64,000 bases of DNA, taken from positions 14,577 to 78,576 of the forward strand of contig DASXPB010000050.1 of the NCBI GenBank assembly GCA_036493875.1, in the 5' to 3' direction. The notes under the pieces are model-generated. The model was not told the DNA's origin. It searched no databases and saw only the letters and a list, made by a program, of their open reading frames with translations. Numbering within the stretch: the stretch's first letter is position 1; each line of letters begins with the position of its first letter. Below are positions 12,255 to 25,086 of the stretch, in pieces. The stretch is from Thermoanaerobaculia bacterium. GTDB taxonomy: Bacteria > Acidobacteriota > Thermoanaerobaculia > UBA5066 > Gp7-AA6. Made by a program: the position numbers and the translations under genes.

Positions 12255-12920
12255 TCAGTCGTTCACGATCCATCCATCGCGTAGACGGACGATCCGGTTG
12301 CCGTAGGTCGCGTTCTCCTCGGAGTGGGTGACCTGGACGATGGTCATTCCCTCGCCATTGAGCCTCTTGAAGAGGCGCATGATCTCCCGGCCCTGGTCCG
12401 AGTGGAGGTTTCCGGTCGGCTCGTCCGCGAGCAGGAGCTTCGGCTTCGCGATGAGCGCGCGCGCGACGCCGACCAGCTGCTGCTGGCCTCCCGAGAGCTG
12501 GTTGGGGAAGAGGTCCTTCTTGCCCACGATCTGGAAGCGGTCGAGCGTGTCCGCCACGATCGCGGCCCGCTCCGAGCCCTTCACGTTGCGATACGAGAGC
12601 GGGATGTCGAGGTTCTCGGCGACCGTCAGGTTGTCGAGCAGGTGGTACTGCTGGAAGACGAAGCCGACGTACTTCTTGTTGAGCTCGCTGCGCTCGCGAG
12701 GCTTCATCCGATGGACCTCGTTCTCGAGGAGCCGGTACTCGCCGGCCCAGTCGTGGTCGAGCATTCCGAGGATGGAGAGAAGCGTCGACTTGCCGGCGCC
12801 GGACGGGCCCATGATGGTCACGAACTCGCCGGGCTCGATCTTCATCGAGACGCGGCGCAGGACGAAGGTCTGGCCGGCCTTGGTCGCGAAGCTCTTCTCG
12901 ACGTTGGACAGTTGGATCAT
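12255..12920 (-). CDS. Stand-alone ABC transporter ATP-binding protein (MacB/LolD/FtsE-type NBD), copy 2 (221 aa)
   Basis: Only the last 221 codons of track ORF 12255..17606 are real. ATG at 12920: MIQLSNVEKSF... Walker A GPSGAGKST, Q-loop FVFQQYHLL, signature LSGGQQQLVGVARAL, Walker B LLLADEPTGNL, H-loop QVTHS. Confidence 0.93.
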   Translation of the reverse strand: MIQLSNVEKSFATKAGQTFVLRRVSMKIEPGEFVTIMGPSGAGKSTLLSILGMLDHDWAGEYRLLENEVHRMKPRERSELNKKYVGFVFQQYHLLDNLTVAENLDIPLSYRNVKGSERAAIVADTLDRFQIVGKKDLFPNQLSGGQQQLVGVARALIAKPKLLLADEPTGNLHSDQGREIMRLFKRLNGEGMTIVQVTHSEENATYGNRIVRLRDGWIVND

Positions 12921-12928
12921 TTTCCACC

Positions 12929-15349
12929 TCAATCGCGAAGGGCGGTGTTGGGATCGACGCGCAGGGCGCTGCGCGCCGGGAAGACGCAGGCGGCCAGGAC
13001 GACCGTCCCGAGGAGCGCCGCGACGGCGCCGAAGGTCGCCGGATCCGAGGGACCGATGCCGAAGAGGAGGCTCGAGAGGAAGCGCGAGAGGCCCAGGGCG
13101 GCGACCGCGCCCACCGCCATTCCGACGGCCGCGAGGCGAAGGGCGCCTTTGACGACCAGCGCGAGCACGTCGGCCGGCTGCGCACCGAGCGCGGTGCGGA
13201 TCCCGATCTCCCGCCGCCGCTCGGCGACCCCATAAGCCACCACGCCGTAGATGCCGACGGAGGCCAGGACGAGCGCGAGCGCGGCAAAGAAGCCCAGGAG
13301 GAGCGTCGTGAAGCGCCGGTCGGCGACGGAATCGCTCAGGTATCCGGTCAGCGGCATCACGTTCGAGACCGACTGGTCGGGGTCGACCGAGCGCACGGCC
13401 GCGATCGCGGCTCGTTCGACGGAACGCGGCGAGCCGGCGACGCGCACGAGCAGCGTCATCGAATTCATCGGGTTCTGCGTCCAGGGGATGAAGACCTCGG
13501 GAAGCGCGGGAGTGTCGAGGCCGTCCTGGCGGACGTCGCCGACCACGCCGACGATCTCTCGATACGGCGTCTGGTCCTTGGGCCAACCCTGCTTGACGCT
13601 CTTTCCGAGCGCGCCACCGTTCGGCCACCATTTCTTCGCGAAGCTCTCGTTGACGATCACGACCTTCGCCGAGTCCGCGCGATCGGCCTCGGTGAACAGG
13701 CGGCCCTCGCGCAGCGGAATCGTGAGAGTCGAGAAATAGCCTGGCTCGATCACGTTCCAGTGGGCGCTGGGGAGCTCGGCCTGAGCCGGCGCGGGCCGGT
13801 CGGAGAGGAGATAGATCGAGCCCCAGCATTTGCCGATCAGCGGCGTGCAGTAGACCGCGCTCGCGGACTGGACGCCGGGCAGGGGGCGCAGCGCGTCCAC
13901 CGCGCGGCGGTAGAACAGCGCGCGCGCCTCGTCGGTCGGATACCGGGCATCCGGCACCGAGACGTCGAGGGCCAGGACGTGCTCGGCGTTGAAGCCCGGG
14001 GAGACGGCCCGCAGCTGGGCGAGGCTTCGGATCAGCAGCCCCGATCCGATGACCAGGACGAAGGCGAGCGCAACCTCGGACACGAACAGCAGCGTGCGGA
14101 AGCGCTGCCGGGAGCGCCCCGCGGTCGAGCCCCGGCTGCCGTCTCCCAGGGCGGCCTGGGGATCGGGACGCGACGCGGAGATCGCCGGCGTGAGGCCGAA
14201 GAGAATTCCGGTCGCGAGGGAGACGGCGAGGGTGAAGAGGAGGACGCCGGGATCGATGCGCGTCTCGGCAAGCCGGGGGATCGCGGTCGGCGCGAGGCGC
14301 ACGAGCGGGCCGATCGACCACGAGGCGACCAGCAGTCCGAGCGCGCCGCCGATCCCGGAGATCAGGATGCTCTCCGTCACGAGCTGCCGCACGATGCGTC
14401 CCCGTCCCGCTCCGAGCGCGGCCCGGATCGCCAGCTCCTTCTGGCGGCCCGCCGAGCGCGCGAGCTGGAGGTGGGCGACGTTGACGCAGGCGATGAGGAG
14501 CACGACGGCGACGGCCGCGAGGAGCGTCCAGAGCGCCGGCTGATAGTCCTGGAAGAGCTCCTCGGCGAGGGGGGCGACCGTCGCGAACTGGCCGGCGTTG
14601 GTGTCGGGATACTGCCGTTCGAGCTGCCGCATGATGCCGGCGATCTCGCTGCGGGCGCCCCCCAGCGTGGCGCCGGGCGCGAGGCGCGCCAGGACGCGCA
14701 TGCCCGAGTGGTTGCCGCGGTTGAGCCAGGATCGCTCCGCCCCGTAGAGTCCGATCGGGCGATAGAGCTCGGCGCGGCGGGGGAAGAAGCCGAAGCCGCG
14801 CGGGAGCACTCCCACGACCGTATGGGGGACTGCGTCCAGCCGGATGGCCTTTCCGACGATCTCCCGGTCGGAGCCGAAGCGGCTCCGCCAGAGCTCGTCG
14901 CTCAGGACGACGGTCGGGGGCGCCTCGGGACGATCGTCGGATTCCACGAAGACGCGCCCGAGGGCAGCCCTGGCGCCGAGAAGCGGGAAGAGGGAGGCCG
15001 ACACCTCGCCGATGCGAAGCACCTGGGGCTCGCGCGTGTCGCTGATCGTCATCTCGTTGGCGCGATACCCGGCGGGCGAGGAGAACGTGCGGCTCTGCGC
15101 CCGCAGGTCCAGGAAGGTGGGCCAGGCGACGCCCATCTTCCCGATTCGTTTCTGTTCCTCGTGCAGCACGACGAGGCGGCCGGGCTCGGGGTAGGGAAGC
15201 CGGCGCAGCAGCACCGCGTGCACGACGCTGAAGATCGCGGTGTTGGCCCCGATGCCGAGCGCGAGCGTCGCGACGGCTATGGCCGTGAAGCCCGGCGCCT
15301 TGAGGAGCGTCCGGAGCCCGTAGCGAAGGTCCTGAATCAGCGTGGTCAT
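12929..15349 (-). CDS. ADOP-type duplicated FtsX/MacB-like ABC permease, paralog P7 (806 aa)
   Basis: [41 protein letters not shown]. Signatures [32 protein letters not shown] and [17 protein letters not shown]. Ends [15 protein letters not shown]. Confidence 0.92.
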   Translation of the reverse strand: MTTLIQDLRYGLRTLLKAPGFTAIAVATLALGIGANTAIFSVVHAVLLRRLPYPEPGRLVVLHEEQKRIGKMGVAWPTFLDLRAQSRTFSSPAGYRANEMTISDTREPQVLRIGEVSASLFPLLGARAALGRVFVESDDRPEAPPTVVLSDELWRSRFGSDREIVGKAIRLDAVPHTVVGVLPRGFGFFPRRAELYRPIGLYGAERSWLNRGNHSGMRVLARLAPGATLGGARSEIAGIMRQLERQYPDTNAGQFATVAPLAEELFQDYQPALWTLLAAVAVVLLIACVNVAHLQLARSAGRQKELAIRAALGAGRGRIVRQLVTESILISGIGGALGLLVASWSIGPLVRLAPTAIPRLAETRIDPGVLLFTLAVSLATGILFGLTPAISASRPDPQAALGDGSRGSTAGRSRQRFRTLLFVSEVALAFVLVIGSGLLIRSLAQLRAVSPGFNAEHVLALDVSVPDARYPTDEARALFYRRAVDALRPLPGVQSASAVYCTPLIGKCWGSIYLLSDRPAPAQAELPSAHWNVIEPGYFSTLTIPLREGRLFTEADRADSAKVVIVNESFAKKWWPNGGALGKSVKQGWPKDQTPYREIVGVVGDVRQDGLDTPALPEVFIPWTQNPMNSMTLLVRVAGSPRSVERAAIAAVRSVDPDQSVSNVMPLTGYLSDSVADRRFTTLLLGFFAALALVLASVGIYGVVAYGVAERRREIGIRTALGAQPADVLALVVKGALRLAAVGMAVGAVAALGLSRFLSSLLFGIGPSDPATFGAVAALLGTVVLAACVFPARSALRVDPNTALRD

Positions 15350-15352
15350 ACC

Positions 15353-17818
<2,466 letters not shown>

Positions 17819-17827
17819 GAGGACTCC

Positions 17828-20248
17828 CTATTCGGCCCGCAGCGCGCGCCACGGGTCGAGCCGCGCGGCGCGCCGCGCGGGAATCCAGCAGGCGGCGAGG
17901 ACGACGCCCAGGAGAATCAGCGCGACGCCCGCGTGGGTCACGAGGTCCGTCGGCGGAACCTCGTAAAGCAGCCCGCGGAGCAACCGGGTCAGGGCGAATG
18001 CGGCGATCAGGCCCAGCCCGAGGCCCGCCCCCGCCAGGCGCAGGCCATCGCGCAGCACGAGCCCCCGGACGCTGCGCCCGTCGGCGCCGAGCGCCATGCG
18101 GATGCCGAGCTCGCGCGTGCGCTGGGAGACGGCATACGCGGTGACGCCGTAGATCCCGACCGCCGAGAGCAGGAGTGCGGTCGCCGCGAAGACGAGCAGG
18201 AGCGACATCGTGAAGCGGGGCCCCGCGATCGAGCGCGAGACCACCTCCGCCATCGGCTCGAGCTGGGTCACCGGCAGCTCGGGGTCGATCGTCTGGATCG
18301 CGCCGCGCACCGCGGCGGCGAGCGTGCCCGGCTCCTGCGTCGTGCGGAGAACGACGGTGAAGAAGCCGACCGGCGACTGATCGAGGCTGGCATAGAACTC
18401 GGGCGTGTTCCCGTTCGCCAGCCCCTCGTCGTGCACGTCGCCGACGATGCCGATGATCTCGCCCTGGATGCGCTTGTTGCCGGGCCGCGCGCCGAACCGC
18501 AGGCGCTGCCCGATCGCGTCGCCGGCCGGGAAGAACTTCGCGGCCGCGGCCTGGCTTGCGAGGATCACGACCGGCGCTCCCCGCACGTCCTGCGGCATGA
18601 AGGAACGGCCGGCCAGGAGTGGCAGGCGGACCGTCTGGAAGTAGTCGCGGCTGGCGATCCGCAGCTGAGCGGAGGCCTCGTGTGCCGGGTCTTCCGGCCG
18701 GCCCTCCACGCGGAAACTGCTGCTGAAGCGGAAATCGGTCAGCGGCAGGCCGAACGTCGCCCCCGCCGACTGGACGCCCGGGAGGGCCCGCACGGCGCCG
18801 AGCACCCTGTCCGTGAGGTCGCCGATCCGCTCGTCGTCCGGATAGCGCGCGCTCGGCAGTGAGAGGTCGAAGCGTAGGACGCGATCGGCCGAGAAGCCCG
18901 GGTCGACGGCCGCGAGGCGCGCGAGGCTGCGCACGAGGAGGCCCGCTCCGACCAGGAGGAGCAGCGCGAGGCCGAGCTCGCCGACGACGAGCAGCCGGCG
19001 AAGGCGTGCTGGCCCGGGCTGCGCGCCGGAGTCGGCGCCGGCGACCTTGAGCGCGGCCATGGGCGCGCGCGCGAAGACGCCCGCGACGGGCGCGAGGCCA
19101 CAGAGGATCACGGCGGCGACGGTCCAGATCGCGGTGAACGCGAGGACGCCGCCGTCGACGCCGACCTCCGCGAGCCGCGGGATGTCGCCAGGGCTCCAGC
19201 GCACGATGGCCTCCACGGCGATCTCCGCCAGGAAGATTCCCAGCCCGGCGCCGCAGGCGGCGAGCACGAACGTCTCGGTCAGGAGTTGGCGCGCGATGCG
19301 CCACCGTCCCGCCCCGAGCGCGGTCCGGATCGCGAGCTCCGCGCCGCGGTGCGACGCGCGGATCAGCATGAGGTTGGCGACGTTCGCGCAGGCGATCAGC
19401 GTCACGAACGCAACCGCACCGAGGAGAGTCAGGAGCGCGGGGCGGACCGACCGCACCAGCATCTCCCGCAGCGGCGTGACGACGGCGGAGTGGCCCTCGT
19501 TGGTGTCGTGGTACTGGCGTTCGAGGGTCCCCGCGATCGCGTGCATCTCGGCCGACGCCTGCTCGCGCGTCGTGCCCGGCGCGAGCCGCGCGACGACATC
19601 GAGGTAGTGCGCGCCGCGCTGGGTCGCGACGTTCTCCGGGAACGTGAGCGGCACCCAGGCGTCGGGCCCGGCCTCCGGGAAGCGGAAGTTCGCGGGCATC
19701 ACGCCGACGACGAGGTACGGCTCGCCCTCGAGCCGGATGGTCTTTCCGACGAGCGCGGGATCGCTCCCGAACCGCCGCCGCCACACGCCATGGCTCAGGA
19801 CGGCGACGTGGTCGTTGCTCGTCGAGAACTCGCCCGGCGCGAAGACGCGGCCGGAGGCGGGCGCGACGCCGAGCGCCTCGAAGAACCCGGCGGTGACGGT
19901 CGTGCCGCGGAGGCGCTCGGGCTCGCGGCCCTCCGAGAGGGCGAGGTCGGCGGTGTTGTACGCACCCATCACGGCGAAGCTCTTGCTCTGCGCCTTCCAG
20001 TCCAGGTAGTTCGGCGGCGAGGCCACCATGAGCGGATAGCCCTTGGCGGGGTAGCTCTCGCTGACCGCGACGAGCCGCTCGGGCGCGGGGAACGGAAGCG
20101 CGCGGAAGAGGACGCCGCGCACGAGGCTGTAGACGGCGGTGTTCGCGCCGATGCCGAGGGCGAGCGTCGCGACGACCGCGATGGAGAAGCCGGGGCTCCG
20201 CGACAGCGACCGGACGGCGTAGCGGAAGTCCTGGAGGAGGGTTCTCAT
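17828..20248 (-). CDS. ADOP-type duplicated FtsX/MacB-like ABC permease, paralog P5 (806 aa)
   Basis: Track ORF 17828..20596 trimmed to ATG at 20248: [41 protein letters not shown]. Signatures [32 protein letters not shown] and [17 protein letters not shown]. Ends ARRAARLDPWRALRAE. AAGGAG SD overlaps the upstream TAA. Confidence 0.9.
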   Translation of the reverse strand: MRTLLQDFRYAVRSLSRSPGFSIAVVATLALGIGANTAVYSLVRGVLFRALPFPAPERLVAVSESYPAKGYPLMVASPPNYLDWKAQSKSFAVMGAYNTADLALSEGREPERLRGTTVTAGFFEALGVAPASGRVFAPGEFSTSNDHVAVLSHGVWRRRFGSDPALVGKTIRLEGEPYLVVGVMPANFRFPEAGPDAWVPLTFPENVATQRGAHYLDVVARLAPGTTREQASAEMHAIAGTLERQYHDTNEGHSAVVTPLREMLVRSVRPALLTLLGAVAFVTLIACANVANLMLIRASHRGAELAIRTALGAGRWRIARQLLTETFVLAACGAGLGIFLAEIAVEAIVRWSPGDIPRLAEVGVDGGVLAFTAIWTVAAVILCGLAPVAGVFARAPMAALKVAGADSGAQPGPARLRRLLVVGELGLALLLLVGAGLLVRSLARLAAVDPGFSADRVLRFDLSLPSARYPDDERIGDLTDRVLGAVRALPGVQSAGATFGLPLTDFRFSSSFRVEGRPEDPAHEASAQLRIASRDYFQTVRLPLLAGRSFMPQDVRGAPVVILASQAAAAKFFPAGDAIGQRLRFGARPGNKRIQGEIIGIVGDVHDEGLANGNTPEFYASLDQSPVGFFTVVLRTTQEPGTLAAAVRGAIQTIDPELPVTQLEPMAEVVSRSIAGPRFTMSLLLVFAATALLLSAVGIYGVTAYAVSQRTRELGIRMALGADGRSVRGLVLRDGLRLAGAGLGLGLIAAFALTRLLRGLLYEVPPTDLVTHAGVALILLGVVLAACWIPARRAARLDPWRALRAE

Positions 20249-20259
20249 CGTCTGACTCC

Positions 20260-22644
20260 TTACTCGGAACGCAGCACGACCATGGGGTCGACTCGCGAGG
20301 CGCGCCGCGCCGGGATCCAGCACGCGAGCAGCGCGGCCGCCCCGAGGAGGAGCGCCACGCCGAGGAAGGTCGCGGGATCCGTGGGTGTCACGCCGAAGAG
20401 GAGGCTCGACATCAGCCGCGTCAGCCCGAAGGCCGCGACCAGTCCGATCACGATGCCGAGCCCGATCAGCCGCAGGCCGTCGGCCACGATCTCGCGGACG
20501 ACGCGGGACGGGCCCGCGCCGAGCGCCATGCGCACGCCGATCTCGGCGCGGCGCCGGCGCACGGTGCTCCACATGACGCCGAAGATCCCGACGCACGCGA
20601 GCCCCAGCGCGGACGCCGCGAAGATCGTGAGCAGCTCGGCGTTGAACCGCTGGCGGGTCAGGGAATCGCCGACGACCTGGTCCATCCAGCGGATCCTCGC
20701 GATCGGGAGGAGCGGGTCGATGCCGCGGACCGAGCGGCGCACGAGCTCACCGAGGCCCTTCGAGCCGCCAGGGCCGCCGACGACCAGCTCCGACCAGCGT
20801 TTCCAGTCCTGAGCCGACTGCACGTACGGCGAGTAGACGGCGGGCTGCTCGCCGTCGGCGAGGCCGAAGTGGCGCACGTCGCCGACGACCCCGACGATGG
20901 TGATCCACTGGGGCTTCTCCTGCCGCGCCCACCGCAGCCTGCGGCCGACGGGATTCGAGTGCGGGAAGTAGCGCCGGACCATACTCTCGTTGACGACGCC
21001 TACGAACTCGGTGTTCTCGCGGTCGCCCTCGTTCAGCAGCCGGCCCGCGCGCAGCGGGATCCGCATCACGCCGAAGTAGTCGCCCATCACGCTGCGGGAG
21101 TAGATCGAGGGCTCGTCGCCGGGGGCCAGGGCCGGCTCCCCCTGGATCACGAAGTCGTGGTCGAGAGCGTCTCCGGACAGGGGGATCTCGCTGATGAAGG
21201 CAGCCCTGACGCCGGGCTGCTCGTTCAGCGTCTGGAGCAGGCGCCGCCGGAAGACGGACTGCGTCGCCTTGTCGTCGTAGCGGGATTGCGGCAGGTCGAT
21301 GTGCGCGGCCAGAACGCCCCGCGTCTCGAAGCCGGGCGGGACGCTCTGGAGACGCCAGAGGACGCGCAGCAGGAGCCCGGCGCCGACCAGGAGCACCATC
21401 GCGAGCGCGATCTCCGAGACGACGAGCGCGCCTCGCGCCCGTCCGTCCCGCAGCCCTCCCGAGCGGGCGCGGCCGAGAAGGCCCGCGAACCGTCCGCTCG
21501 CCGCCCGCCAGGCGGGAACGATCCCGAACAGGATGCTCGTGACGAGGGACGCGAGGAAGGTGAATCCCGCGACGCGCAAGTTCGCGCCGACGTTGCCCAG
21601 GCGCGGCAGCGCCGCCGGGAACCGCGAGAGCAGCCCACCCACGCCCCACGCGCTCAACAAGAATCCGAGCCCGCCTCCGAGCACGGAGAGCAGGGCACTC
21701 TCCACCAGGATCTGGGACACGATTCTCGGCCGCGACGCGCCGAGGGCCGCGCGGATCGAGAGCTCGGAATTGCGCGCGGACACGTTGGTCAACTGGAGAT
21801 TGGCGAGGTTGGCGCAGGCGATCAGCAGCACGAGCCCGACGGCGCCGATCAGGATGGCGAGCGAGCGGCGGCTGTCGCCGACGACTTCGTCGAGCAGCGG
21901 GACGAGGTTCGGATCCAGCCCCTTGTCGCTCTCGGGATGGAGCCGCCCGAGCTCCGCGAACACGCCGGCCAGATCGGCGCGCGCCGCGGCCATCGTGACG
22001 CCGGGCTTGAGCCGGAACACCGACCGGAGGAAGTGCACGCCCCGCTCGGGGGCGGCGACGGGGTAGGCCACCCACAGCGGGACGTAGAGGTCGACCTTCT
22101 GCTCGGGAAGCGCGAACTCGGGGCCCATCACGCCGACCACGGTCCATGGGGCGCCGCCGAGAAGGATCGTCTTGCCGACGATGGACGAATCGCCGCCGAA
22201 GTCGCGTTTCCAGATCGCGTGGCCCAGGACGACCACGCGCTCGCCGCCCTTCACGTCGTCGCTCTTCGTGAGCGTCCGGCCCAGCATGGCCCGGACGCGG
22301 AGCGTCTCGAAGAGCGCGCCGCTCGCCATCGCGGACATTCCCTGGACGGGCTCATCGCCCACCTTGAGGTCGAAGGGCTGCAGGGCCGCGCCGCCCACGC
22401 TCTCGAACGACCGATTCATGGCCGCGACGTCCGCCTGCTCCGGCGGGGAGAGGTTGTGCTCCCTCGTGACCAGCCGGCCCGGGTCGGCGTACGGCAGAGG
22501 CCGCAGCAGCACCCCGTCGACGACGCTGAAAATCGCGGTGTTGGCGCCGATGCCGAGGGCCAGCGTGGCGACGGCCACCGCGGTGAACCCCGGGTTGCGG
22601 AAGAGCCCCCGGAGCGCGTAGCGCAGGTCCCGCAGGAGAGCCAT
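20260..22644 (-). CDS. ADOP-type duplicated FtsX/MacB-like ABC permease, paralog P4 (794 aa)
   Basis: [40 protein letters not shown]. Signatures [32 protein letters not shown] and [17 protein letters not shown]. Ends [16 protein letters not shown]. Confidence 0.92.
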   Translation of the reverse strand: MALLRDLRYALRGLFRNPGFTAVAVATLALGIGANTAIFSVVDGVLLRPLPYADPGRLVTREHNLSPPEQADVAAMNRSFESVGGAALQPFDLKVGDEPVQGMSAMASGALFETLRVRAMLGRTLTKSDDVKGGERVVVLGHAIWKRDFGGDSSIVGKTILLGGAPWTVVGVMGPEFALPEQKVDLYVPLWVAYPVAAPERGVHFLRSVFRLKPGVTMAAARADLAGVFAELGRLHPESDKGLDPNLVPLLDEVVGDSRRSLAILIGAVGLVLLIACANLANLQLTNVSARNSELSIRAALGASRPRIVSQILVESALLSVLGGGLGFLLSAWGVGGLLSRFPAALPRLGNVGANLRVAGFTFLASLVTSILFGIVPAWRAASGRFAGLLGRARSGGLRDGRARGALVVSEIALAMVLLVGAGLLLRVLWRLQSVPPGFETRGVLAAHIDLPQSRYDDKATQSVFRRRLLQTLNEQPGVRAAFISEIPLSGDALDHDFVIQGEPALAPGDEPSIYSRSVMGDYFGVMRIPLRAGRLLNEGDRENTEFVGVVNESMVRRYFPHSNPVGRRLRWARQEKPQWITIVGVVGDVRHFGLADGEQPAVYSPYVQSAQDWKRWSELVVGGPGGSKGLGELVRRSVRGIDPLLPIARIRWMDQVVGDSLTRQRFNAELLTIFAASALGLACVGIFGVMWSTVRRRRAEIGVRMALGAGPSRVVREIVADGLRLIGLGIVIGLVAAFGLTRLMSSLLFGVTPTDPATFLGVALLLGAAALLACWIPARRASRVDPMVVLRSE

Positions 22645-22669
22645 GGCGTCCGTCCTTTCCCTCTGAAGG

Positions 22670-25084
22670 TCACTCGGTTCGGATCGCGGTGATCGGATCG
22701 ATTCGCGAGGCGCGCCAGGCCGGCACGGACGCCGCGGCCAGACCGCTCACCGCGAGCACGAGCGTGGCGGCGCCGAAGCTGATCGGATCGACCGGCGCCA
22801 CGCCGTAAAGGAACCCGGCCAGCAGTCGCGCGGCGGCCGCGGCCAGCGCGATCCCGACGGCGAGCCCCACCAGGATCGGGGCCGCGCTCTGACGCACGAC
22901 CAGGCCGCGGACCTCCGACGGCCGGGCCCCCAGCGCGATACGAATCCCAACCTCGCGCGTGCGCTGCGCGACGGCACACGACACCACGGCGTAGATGCCG
23001 AACGCGGCGAGCAGCAGCGAGAGCGTGCCGAACAGGGCCACGAGCGCGGCCCCGGCGCGTTGCGGCAGGAGGCGCGCGGCGATGAGATCGTCGTAGGACG
23101 AGAGCTCCGTCACGGGAAGGGCCGGATCGAGGGCCCGGATCTCGGAGCGGATCAAGGCGGCGGCGGCGGTCGGATCCGGTTCGGCGCGCACCAGGAGGGT
23201 CTGCTGGTCGAGAGCCGCTGTCTGCATCTGGAGGACCGGCGCGTAGGCGAGGGGAGTGGCGGGATCCGACAGCCCGGCGAAGCGCGAGTCCCGCGCGATC
23301 CCCACGATGCGGCGCGGAACGTCGATCGTGAGTTGGCGGCCGATCGGGCTGCCGCCGGGCCAGTAGCGCTTCGCCATCGCCTCGTTCACGACAGCGACCG
23401 GCTGCGCCCCGGCACGGTCACCGCTTTCGAACTCCCGCCCCGCAACCATCGGAATGCCGAGCGTGCGGAAGTAGCCGGCGCCGACGCCCGCCACCTCGGC
23501 CTCGGGCCGCTCGCCCTTGGCGGGCGAGTAGCCCTCTGCCTCGAACGTCTCGATCGACCTTTCCCCCGACAGCGGGACGAGACCCGTCCAGCTCACGGAA
23601 GCGATGCCGGGCCGGCTCTCCAGGCGCCGCGGAAGCTCCTCGACGAACGCCGCGGCGTGGGGGAGGTCGTAGCGCTGAAGTCCGAGTCGGACTTGCGCCA
23701 GGGTTACTCCGGCGGGGTGGAAGCCGACGTCGGTGGCGAGAGCGTTCACGAGACTCCGGCCGAGCAGTCCCGCGCAGGCAAGGAGCGCGAGGCAGAGGGC
23801 GACCTGGGCGCCGAGGAAGACTGCGCGGGCGGCCGAGCGCGGCGCGATCGAGGAGGCGGTCGACCGCAGGACGGCGTCGATCGAGACGCGGGAGGCCTGG
23901 AGGGCCGGGAGGATGCCGAAGGCGACGCCCGTCAGCGCCGACACGAAGAGCGCGAAAGCGAGCGCGCGTGTTCCGAGCTCGGGCCGGAAGAGGGCAAGGG
24001 TGAATCCCCCGGGCAGGTCCAGGTGTGTCATCGCCGAGATGGTCCAGCTCGCGGCGAGCAGCCCGATGCCGCCGCCGCACAGCGCGAGAAGCACGCTCTC
24101 GGTCAGCATCTGGCCGACCAGCCGTCCCTTCGACGCGCCGAGCGCGCGGCGGATCGCGATCTCCCGCGCGCGGCCCGCGGCGCGCGCGAGCAGGAGGTTC
24201 GCCAGGTTCGCGCAGGCGATCAGGAGCGCCGCCGCAACGGCGGCGGCGAGGATACCGAAGAGCTGGCCCGGCGAGGGCTCGTTTCCGAGGCCGGCCGCCA
24301 CGCGCAGGGTCGGCACCAACGACCAGGGGGCGGCGTCGAACTCCTCGCCGTGCGCCGCCGCGTCCCGCGCGAGGATCGTCACGACCGCCGCGCGGGCTCC
24401 CGAGAGGGTCACACCCGGCTCGAGCCGCCCGAAGGGCCTCAGCCAGCCCCAGTGGCGCGATTCGATGTTGAGCCGGGCGAGGCCGCCCGTGGCGAGGCTC
24501 GGCATCGCGCCGATGGTGACCCAGAGATCGGGGTAGTCGCCGAACCGCACTCCGCGGAAGCCCTCGGGGGCGATCCCGATGACCGTGAACGGGACGCCGT
24601 TCAGCCGGACCGACCGGCCGAGAACGGAGGCGTCCGCGCCGAACTGGCTGCGCCACAGAGAGTGGGACAGGACGACGACGGGATGTCCTGGCCCCTCCTC
24701 GGAGGGCCCGAAGAACCGGCCCAGGGCTGGCCGAGCCTGGAGCACGTCGAAGTAGTTGCCGGACGCGAGCGCGCCGCCGACGATGCTCGGCTCGCCCGAG
24801 CCCGTCAGGCTCATCGCGCGAGTCTGCGACGCCGCCAGCCGCAGCGTCCCTCGCGCGTCGGCGGCGAGGGTGCGGTACTGGGGATAGGAAACGGTCTCGC
24901 CCTTCAGGTTCACGAGCGCGGCGGGCGCCCCCACCGCCGGGAGCGGGCGGAGGACGACGGCGTCCATCAGGCTGAAGATCGCGGTGTTGGCGCCGATGCC
25001 GAGCCCCAGCATCAGGATCGCCGCTGCGGAAAACCCGGGCGCACGGCGGAGCGTCCGGAACGCGTGGCGAACGGTCGGTCCCAT
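22670..25084 (-). CDS. ADOP-type duplicated FtsX/MacB-like ABC permease, paralog P3 (804 aa, divergent N-terminal motif)
   Basis: Track ORF 22670..27229 (1519 aa) trimmed to ATG at 25084: [38 protein letters not shown]. Signatures [32 protein letters not shown] and [17 protein letters not shown]. Ends [16 protein letters not shown]. The upstream part of the long ORF overlaps P2 out of frame. Confidence 0.88.
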   Translation of the reverse strand: MGPTVRHAFRTLRRAPGFSAAAILMLGLGIGANTAIFSLMDAVVLRPLPAVGAPAALVNLKGETVSYPQYRTLAADARGTLRLAASQTRAMSLTGSGEPSIVGGALASGNYFDVLQARPALGRFFGPSEEGPGHPVVVLSHSLWRSQFGADASVLGRSVRLNGVPFTVIGIAPEGFRGVRFGDYPDLWVTIGAMPSLATGGLARLNIESRHWGWLRPFGRLEPGVTLSGARAAVVTILARDAAAHGEEFDAAPWSLVPTLRVAAGLGNEPSPGQLFGILAAAVAAALLIACANLANLLLARAAGRAREIAIRRALGASKGRLVGQMLTESVLLALCGGGIGLLAASWTISAMTHLDLPGGFTLALFRPELGTRALAFALFVSALTGVAFGILPALQASRVSIDAVLRSTASSIAPRSAARAVFLGAQVALCLALLACAGLLGRSLVNALATDVGFHPAGVTLAQVRLGLQRYDLPHAAAFVEELPRRLESRPGIASVSWTGLVPLSGERSIETFEAEGYSPAKGERPEAEVAGVGAGYFRTLGIPMVAGREFESGDRAGAQPVAVVNEAMAKRYWPGGSPIGRQLTIDVPRRIVGIARDSRFAGLSDPATPLAYAPVLQMQTAALDQQTLLVRAEPDPTAAAALIRSEIRALDPALPVTELSSYDDLIAARLLPQRAGAALVALFGTLSLLLAAFGIYAVVSCAVAQRTREVGIRIALGARPSEVRGLVVRQSAAPILVGLAVGIALAAAAARLLAGFLYGVAPVDPISFGAATLVLAVSGLAAASVPAWRASRIDPITAIRTE

Positions 25085-25086
25085 GG

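Noticed and set aside
12255-12920. Lower G+C (about 58-65% on spot-counted lines) of the two ATPase genes (also 30118..30879) as a sign of horizontal transfer
   Set aside because: Both NBD genes show it, and NBD sequence conservation (Lys/Glu/Asn/Ile-rich motifs) can explain it. There are no flanking mobility genes or repeats. I cannot support HGT without codon or phylogenetic analysis.
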